This document shows positions 16,304 through 19,064 of a stretch of 19,064 bases of DNA, piece after piece. Positions within the stretch are counted from its first letter, which is position 1. Each line of letters begins with the position of its first letter. The stretch is taken from positions 1-19,064 of the forward strand of contig JBHLNZ010000060.1 in the NCBI GenBank assembly GCA_048941015.1. The letters run 5' to 3'. The DNA is from Promethearchaeota archaeon. Its GTDB lineage: Archaea > Asgardarchaeota > Lokiarchaeia > Sigyniarchaeales > SOKP01. Position numbers and translations under genes: made by a program. The notes beneath the pieces were generated by a model that saw only the letters and a program-made list of their open reading frames with translations, searched no databases and was not told the origin of the DNA.

Positions 16304-17347
16304 TTAATAGTATCCAAATTTTTCAATAAGAGTTTTTGCTGTTCCTAAGTTCCGGCTTGCCATCGATAGAGGTTCCCAGGGCCACTCACATCCTGCAGCA
16401 TACATATAGAACCCTCTTGGTTTTCCCATTTGGATAGTATTCTCAATCTCTCTTATAACCTCAGACAATGGATAAGATAAACTCCCTAAAATTTGAGTAT
16501 TAGTATTTCCTCTAATACAATTATTCTTCCCTATTTTTTCTTTTGCCCTTTTTAAATCTACTTGATAGTCTAAATCTAAAATTGCAGCATTAGTGCTAGA
16601 AACTAACTTTAACATATCTCGACCTTCTTTATCTATAACAGAATTATCCCCACAGATATGATACAATACCGGCACTTGTTTTTGTATATAAGTAAATAAT
16701 TCCTTTGTAGCATCTAAACAACATTTCTCATATCTCATTGGGCCAATTTGGGAAATTGCAGAATCACCAGCACCAATAATGTTTGCTCCTGCTTCAATTT
16801 GTAATGCTGCAAATTCCTTTTGGACTGGAAGGATTCTACTTATAAGGTATCTTATTTCTTGAATCCATTCAGATTTTTTGCATAACATTAACACATTAAT
16901 CAAACCGAATAAACAGCAAATTTCGGCAAAAGGAGCTTCAATCCAACCAACAATACAATTTTTATCTCCATTTCTTTTTGAAAGCTCACTTACTGCTTTA
17001 ATCCTATTTTGAATTCTAATATTCTCTAATATATTTGGTTGCTCAATCGAGTCAAAATCTTCTATTGTTAAATGAGTTTTTGCTACAGGCGTGTGCCCAT
17101 CCCAATTTATTTCAACACCCCATGCGTTTGCTTCTCGATAAGCATCTGTAGAAACATTTACATGATCAATTTCGAAAAATTCAGAACATCTAATTTGTGC
17201 GTCAGCCAAAATTTCGGGTTTTTGACAATAAATATGGTTATAGTCAACCCCAATTAAGCTTGCGGCTAAATGCATTATAAAAGGATTAAAAGGAATTCGT
17301 TTGGGAATACCATTTATCGCAGATAATGTCAGTTCTAGCGAGTTCAT
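16304..17347 (-). CDS. UroD/MtaA-CmuA family protein (putative methylcobamide:thiol methyltransferase)
   Basis: EANAWG, GWIEAPF, QIEAGA..IGAGD, Zn-ligand-like YHICG and AAGCEWP, and GN before the last barrel strands. Confidence 0.85.
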   Translation of the reverse strand: MNSLELTLSAINGIPKRIPFNPFIMHLAASLIGVDYNHIYCQKPEILADAQIRCSEFFEIDHVNVSTDAYREANAWGVEINWDGHTPVAKTHLTIEDFDSIEQPNILENIRIQNRIKAVSELSKRNGDKNCIVGWIEAPFAEICCLFGLINVLMLCKKSEWIQEIRYLISRILPVQKEFAALQIEAGANIIGAGDSAISQIGPMRYEKCCLDATKELFTYIQKQVPVLYHICGDNSVIDKEGRDMLKLVSSTNAAILDLDYQVDLKRAKEKIGKNNCIRGNTNTQILGSLSYPLSEVIREIENTIQMGKPRGFYMYAAGCEWPWEPLSMASRNLGTAKTLIEKFGYY

Positions 17348-17376
17348 TATTATTAACTCTTCTAAAAATCTTTTTA

Positions 17377-17853
17377 CTATTTAGAATTCTTTTTCTTTTT
17401 TCTTCTCAATGTTTCTTGAAATTCTATTAAGATTCCTAAATCATTTTCTGTGTTGAAATATGCTGTTTTTTGTTTTCCAGTAATTCTTTCATGCAAGAGT
17501 TCATATCCTTTATCTAAAAATTCTTTGATAATAGAGTCTATATCATCTACAAATACTCCAAAATGATGTAAACCCTCCCTTCCTGAGTCTAAAAACTCCT
17601 TAAACACACAATCTCCTTCTATTAGTTGAATCAATTCAATTTGAACATCAAGCATTCGACTAAAAGCAAGTTTGGTGACTATTCTAGAATCTTTGCCCCG
17701 ATATTTACAGGGACTGTCGTTATTATCAAAAACAGCAAACTTTGGAAATCCATAGACATTTTCTAATATTTGAATTTGCTTATCGATATTTTTATAAACA
17801 TAACCTAGTTGATTAATCTTATAATTGCCCAAATTAATGTTTATTCTTTCCAT
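17377..17853 (-). CDS. VOC/glyoxalase-family protein (methylmalonyl-CoA epimerase-like)
   Basis: INQLGYV, QIELIQ, EFL...REGLHHFGVFVDD, LIEFQE. Confidence 0.88.
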   Translation of the reverse strand: MERININLGNYKINQLGYVYKNIDKQIQILENVYGFPKFAVFDNNDSPCKYRGKDSRIVTKLAFSRMLDVQIELIQLIEGDCVFKEFLDSGREGLHHFGVFVDDIDSIIKEFLDKGYELLHERITGKQKTAYFNTENDLGILIEFQETLRRKKKKNSK

Positions 17854-17966
17854 TTTTAATATGAATCACCCCTTAAAATTAAAATTAACCAAATATAGTA
17901 TAATTCAAAAAAATTTTTTATCAAAACTCATTTCATAAAATGATATAAAATAATTTAATAGAAAAA

Positions 17967-18920
17967 ATGAGCAATTTTAATTATAAACCCGCAGAAAAAC
18001 CAACTTTTTATTATATTGGAGTAACTACTAGTAAATCATCAATTATGAGGGTTTTTCCAAAATGGGCGGATTATTTAGGTCTCGGAGACACTTCTTTCGA
18101 GGGAATTGATTGTAATATTCATGATGATCCAGAAATTTATAGAAAGATCGTAAATTTCATTAAAAGTGATAAAAGATCCTTAGGAGCTTTGGTAACATCT
18201 CATAAAATTGACTTATATGAAGCAGCTATAGATTTATTTGACAAAATAGACCCCTACACGGAAATTTTAGGAGAGTTAAGTTGCTTATCGAAGAGAAAGG
18301 GAGAATTATGGGCACATGCTAAAGATCCAATAAGTAGTGGTCTTGCATTAGAATCATTTATCCCAAAAAATTATTGGAAAAAAAGTTCGGCTGAAATTTT
18401 CATTATTGGCGCTGGAGGTGCTTCTTTAGCACTTACAACATACATTATGGAAAATTTTAAAAAAGATAACTTGCCTTCAAGGATGTATATTTCAAATAGA
18501 AGTATGCCTAGACTAGAAAAAATGAAAAAAATTCATAAGAAATTTAATCCTGGTATTGCTATAGAATATTTATATCACCCTTATCCTTCAGATAATGATA
18601 AGATCGTGAATAATTTGAAGAATGGTTCGTTAGTGATAAATGGTACTGGATTAGGTAAAGATTTTCCAGGATCTCCTTTAACTAACGCTGCTGAATTCCC
18701 AATAAATGGTTTTATATGGGATTATAATTATAGAGGTGACTTGCTTTTTCTTAAACAAGCAAAAAGTCAACAAAAAGAAAAAAAGCTTCATATTGAAGAT
18801 GGTTGGGTTTACTTTCTTCATGGATGGACAAGAGCTATAGCTGAAGTATTTCATATTGAAATTCCTACAAGTGGACCCAAATTTGAGGAAATCTCAAAAA
18901 TAGCTCTTGAAGTAAAATAA
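17967..18920 (+). CDS. Shikimate dehydrogenase-like oxidoreductase (non-AroE paralog)
   Basis: GALVTSHK, IGAGGA, SNRS, INGTGLG, DYNY, EDGW. Lacks the canonical HSLSP and NTD motifs. Confidence 0.8.
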   Translation: MSNFNYKPAEKPTFYYIGVTTSKSSIMRVFPKWADYLGLGDTSFEGIDCNIHDDPEIYRKIVNFIKSDKRSLGALVTSHKIDLYEAAIDLFDKIDPYTEILGELSCLSKRKGELWAHAKDPISSGLALESFIPKNYWKKSSAEIFIIGAGGASLALTTYIMENFKKDNLPSRMYISNRSMPRLEKMKKIHKKFNPGIAIEYLYHPYPSDNDKIVNNLKNGSLVINGTGLGKDFPGSPLTNAAEFPINGFIWDYNYRGDLLFLKQAKSQQKEKKLHIEDGWVYFLHGWTRAIAEVFHIEIPTSGPKFEEISKIALEVK

Positions 18921-18939
18921 ATTTAAAGGTGTTTGAAAT

Positions 18940-19064
18940 TTGGAGCAAATAAAAAATGTTAAATCAATGGCAATTAGGTTTAATTTAAGTAATGGGTTAT
19001 CTTCTGATAAAGAGTCAAAAAAACGGATGCTCTCCGATATGGATGGTATGTATTTAAATAATAA
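18940..19064 (+). CDS. Probable cupin-type glucose-6-phosphate isomerase family protein, N-terminal fragment
   Basis: TTG 18940 after SD GGTG: MEQIKNVKSMAIRFNLSNGLSSDKESKKRMLSDMDGMYLNN. RxLSDMxG resembles the N-terminus of Thermococcales cupin PGI (RRLSDMEGYF, from memory). Only 41 codons are visible. Confidence 0.6.
   Translation, partial: MEQIKNVKSMAIRFNLSNGLSSDKESKKRMLSDMDGMYLNN

Noticed and set aside
725-17257. Short track ORFs 725..922, 3513..3746, 3777..3974, 5387..5596, 6564..6746, 6918..7178, 17072..17257
   Set aside because: All lie antisense within well-supported genes and show no motifs.
1-19064. Genome-wide UGA reassignment (genetic code 4 or 25)
   Set aside because: In-frame TGA occurs only at three Cys sites. 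Other long ORFs are intact under the standard code, Trp uses TGG, and TGA ends genes at 2177, 5106 and 15242.

Overview
Very AT-rich archaeal chromosomal DNA, most likely from an Asgard archaeon (Lokiarchaeia). This is inferred from an archaeal uS13, an archaeal histone, a Rab-like small GTPase and a eukaryote-like SECIS. The main result is a selenoprotein operon that the ORF track breaks into fragments. On the minus strand, hdrA (4634->2628) has two in-frame UGA codons and mvhD/vhuD (2606->2175) has one, all at conserved Cys positions. Directly after the vhuD stop lies a eukaryote-type SECIS hairpin (AUGA / 9-bp stem / A-rich loop / GA). It is followed by an FrhB-family F420-binding subunit with a ferredoxin domain and an unexplained N-terminal domain. 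No other SECIS was found by eye, so one element may serve three UGAs in two cistrons. Other notable points are a histone with a Lys-rich N-terminal tail, two genes (Rab-like GTPase, HIT hydrolase) whose conserved N-termini have no ATG/GTG/TTG and probably start at ATT, and a DUF6206-like protein with protein-kinase-like motifs in a putative catabolic cluster. The rest is housekeeping or hypothetical genes. No rRNA, tRNA, CRISPR array or mobile element was seen. All family calls come from motif recognition, not database searches.
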